A stretch of 64,000 bases of DNA from a bacterium (GTDB taxonomy: Bacteria > Patescibacteriota > Minisyncoccia > UBA6257 > HR35): assembly GCA_041640295.1 (NCBI GenBank), contig JBEQAR010000004.1:3128-67127 (forward strand). The letters are read 5' to 3'. Shown piece after piece: positions 62,501-64,000 of this stretch (the first letter of the stretch is position 1; every line of letters begins with the position of its first letter). A program made the position numbers and the translations under genes. The notes below the pieces were generated by a model. That model did no database searches, was not told the origin of the DNA, and was given only the letters and a program-made list of their open reading frames with translations.

Positions 62501-64000
62501 TTCCATGCTGATTTCCGCTATCTTGCTATTGGTGTATCATCTAAATTTAGAGACACAATACGATATCCATCTCATTTAGATCGTAGATATAATACTCTAG
62601 AATTCCTTTCTTCACCTACAATTCAACCAGCTAGTAAATTTTATGTATTTTATGACAATATATTAACTAATCAATTAGAAAATATTAATTTTGGGGGCTC
62701 AAGTAGATTTAAAACAGTTGATTATTTATTAACAAGGAAGTTTAATGATAATAGAAACGAAACACTACCTCCTATCTTTGATATAAGAATTACAAAAAAT
62801 TTCGGTGGTTGGATATCTGCTCTGTTTAGATTCATTAGTCCAACAAGAGTACCTTTTCCTTTTACAACGAGGATTTATTATGATTTGAATGGAAATAGCG
62901 GTGATCTGATCAGTGTATTCAACAGATCAACCCTAGCAAGAACGCCTTATAATCTTTACTTTAGTCCAGTTATTTATTTAGATACTAATAAAAGGTCAAA
63001 TTTAAGGCACGTAGCTTATTATGAGTTAGGAAGATTAATTCCTGATGAATTTAGAGTAGAAAAAGCAGAACAGAATAAAAATTATGTTAATTTAGGACCT
63101 GTTTATTTTTCTGGTAAATTATTAAATGAATTTAATAGAATAAATTTGTATCCTCGTTTATATTTTCAACAAAACCTTAATCCTGGTATTGTGAACTACC
63201 GTCCAATATACTTAACCCTCAGTAGTTTGTTGAATTCTCAAGATTTTTCAGCCGTTTCTTATCCTCCTGTACCAATCAAAATTTATATTAACAACGAATT
63301 ATATCTAACTACTCAAACCCCACCATTCGAAAGTATACACCAATTAATGTATACTGGTATTTATGAAAGAGGTGAAGGAAGGTTTGCGCCTATTGCTAAA
63401 ATCGACATTTCTGATGGATTGAGAAGAAATGATATTAAAATGGATATCGGACCATTTGAATGGAATTGGTCAGAAAATGAATTTAACCTTCGTAGTTGGG
63501 CAACATTTATTTTTAACTTGTTAAGAAATGACAGAAATCCTCCAGCTATGAAGGCGTTAAGATTATATAATAATAATCAATTTAGTGAATATTATCATCC
63601 TGATAAAGAAAATAAAATAAGAGCTATTTTCGATCCTATTGATGGTCAAATAAGCAATATTAAATTAAGTTATTTTTATGAAAATCAAAGCCCTATTGAA
63701 TTAGCTAATGTTAATAATACTGACACTATTGAGGCTATAATACCTAATAATATTAGATCCCAATTGATTACATTAATTTTTGAAGCTACTGATGATTCCA
63801 ATAATAAACTAATCAATAAAATCGAAATACCTAATATTAACAACATAGTTTCAGATAGCCAGCCTCCTACAGTAAGAATAATTTCACCAGAGGATAACCA
63901 ATCTCTTTCAGGAATCGTAAATATTACAGCAGAAGCTGAAGATAATATTGGCATTAGTAATGTAAAATTTTATATTAATCACGAACATAAACATACCAAA
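59528..64000 (+). CDS. Large secreted subtilisin-like (S8) serine protease with C-terminal beta-rich repeat domains, 3'-truncated at window end
   Basis: Not in the ORF track because no stop occurs in the window. Reading the frame ≡2 mod 3 by eye gives signal peptide MKNLKRKTSIYFLIFLFVITSSP. Catalytic triad motifs AIIDTGVD (~60570), HGTHVAG (~60700), GTSMASPHIAG (~61235). Still open at 64000. Confidence 0.8.
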   Translation, partial: MKNLKRKTSIYFLIFLFVITSSPFNFLLNKDNPNKTYAQYNNTESIIRDFIRLNNLEVIPPGQKDLLLTGFRFENVPTNSSSTIYVSLRNLGVTGDPNTTYLVDRNIIRYNLNQTVQQNDAVGIEEPPLINYEELKEFVLSNENIDKLKISEGIWNVRSEEDLENNQTGNRDINLNQNQQSLNTIIRGIRNLSKIQGEENISKIAEDLSNDGEARVIIKLNTGIQSVYPTILPAIRKTKSQLQQEFSDNKNRVSRIASEVKNIIRIGGGEVKLDERNFYLTGGLIVAEVNQNTLNNLNNSNKVEAIYHDYKVKVFLDESISQIGANLVWNQGDRESTPLRGFGKKIAIIDTGVDYTHPFLGGCFGSNCKVYGGWDFANNDGDPMDDHYHGTHVAGIAAGKDPNNVYNGVAPEAKILAVKVLNANGSGFHSNVLAGINYAVDPNRDGDFSDRVDVINLSLGADVPPDPETERVITQAVDRGVVVVAAAGNSGPLGKVGSPANSRDAIAVAASCKTIDIGNNNRCSKPIANFSSRGPIYNNGVNYFKPDVAAPGVRIMSSLPGNRIRALNGTSMASPHIAGVVAILRQAFPDLTAREIKEMVKNSSRNLDSDGRYGLTYDDQGSGEFDFRLAPVFGLGFLRFDPLPYIQIISDPTQRYTNRDFQFRIRGLNYSGLVFARASSVPGVNINFQNDRFNLNNNQTVNFDFSLRLDNDSLPLSDDKILTGIQFLDETGRIIGIIHLEINLRRQIEINPEVIDYGVSPGSLNNWASEWITLTIVNKRRDRSFTFNINPQQPSGVSLDFGLSNTSFNLPPGGSVNLNSRALTNSNAQRGELNGRLLFLSTDGRNVSIPTKLFKGYVLDITTSDQPEQSLNSLMIHTKLSNYNSLLIVRSFNPNENIRVYLPIDGHFDIILNNFKDSYYSGLALVDTENVIIPKSIYISGGNPIYSIHFNNREANRKVTYKYFNENNERILSFLHQNLIYFKTWQPENRYFHADFRYLAIGVSSKFRDTIRYPSHLDRRYNTLEFLSSPTIQPASKFYVFYDNILTNQLENINFGGSSRFKTVDYLLTRKFNDNRNETLPPIFDIRITKNFGGWISALFRFISPTRVPFPFTTRIYYDLNGNSGDLISVFNRSTLARTPYNLYFSPVIYLDTNKRSNLRHVAYYELGRLIPDEFRVEKAEQNKNYVNLGPVYFSGKLLNEFNRINLYPRLYFQQNLNPGIVNYRPIYLTLSSLLNSQDFSAVSYPPVPIKIYINNELYLTTQTPPFESIHQLMYTGIYERGEGRFAPIAKIDISDGLRRNDIKMDIGPFEWNWSENEFNLRSWATFIFNLLRNDRNPPAMKALRLYNNNQFSEYYHPDKENKIRAIFDPIDGQISNIKLSYFYENQSPIELANVNNTDTIEAIIPNNIRSQLITLIFEATDDSNNKLINKIEIPNINNIVSDSQPPTVRIISPEDNQSLSGIVNITAEAEDNIGISNVKFYINHEHKHTK

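Noticed and set aside
63685-63954. 89-aa minus-strand ORF (and 59635-59826) inside the S8 protease region
   Set aside because: Antisense to the long open protease frame that carries the catalytic motifs.

Overview
This is an AT-rich window (about 30% GC) that looks like a small-genome bacterium, possibly of the Candidate Phyla Radiation / Patescibacteria type, using the standard genetic code. It is densely packed with core information-processing genes. On the plus strand these are rpoB (5' partial), rpoC, tuf, rpsJ, rplC, rplD, rplW, efp, dnaE, rny, hup, dcd, greA, and ligA and uvrB on the minus strand. On the minus strand sit trpS, murD, rpmA, rnhB, tsf and rpsB, and the window also carries rpmE, a short RF1, trxB, gpmI, tpiA, rsmI and rsmE. 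A complete type IV pilus / competence module is present (comFC, pilM/N/O, pilB, pilT, pilC, a major pilin, the prepilin peptidase pilD, and a separate four-gene minor-pilin operon), together with secD and one tRNA-Pro(CGG). Accessory content includes three tandem paralogous secreted Cys-rich proteins that truncate the S10 ribosomal operon after L23, an orphan TraD/VirD4-like ATPase, a DUF433/DUF5615 toxin-antitoxin pair and a VKOR homolog beside the tRNA, a Kazal-domain secreted protein, and a secreted S8 subtilisin-like protease of more than 1490 aa that runs off the window end. The most unusual signal is a family of GC-rich elements, roughly 50% GC against the ~30% GC background, each built as two inverted arms of roughly 10-bp-periodic tandem repeats (GTTCGCR/RCGAAC or ATCAGCGT/ACGCGGAT). 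They are inserted in frame into glk (twice) and rsmI and occur once intergenically, reminiscent of Rickettsia palindromic elements. No CRISPR array or rRNA was seen.
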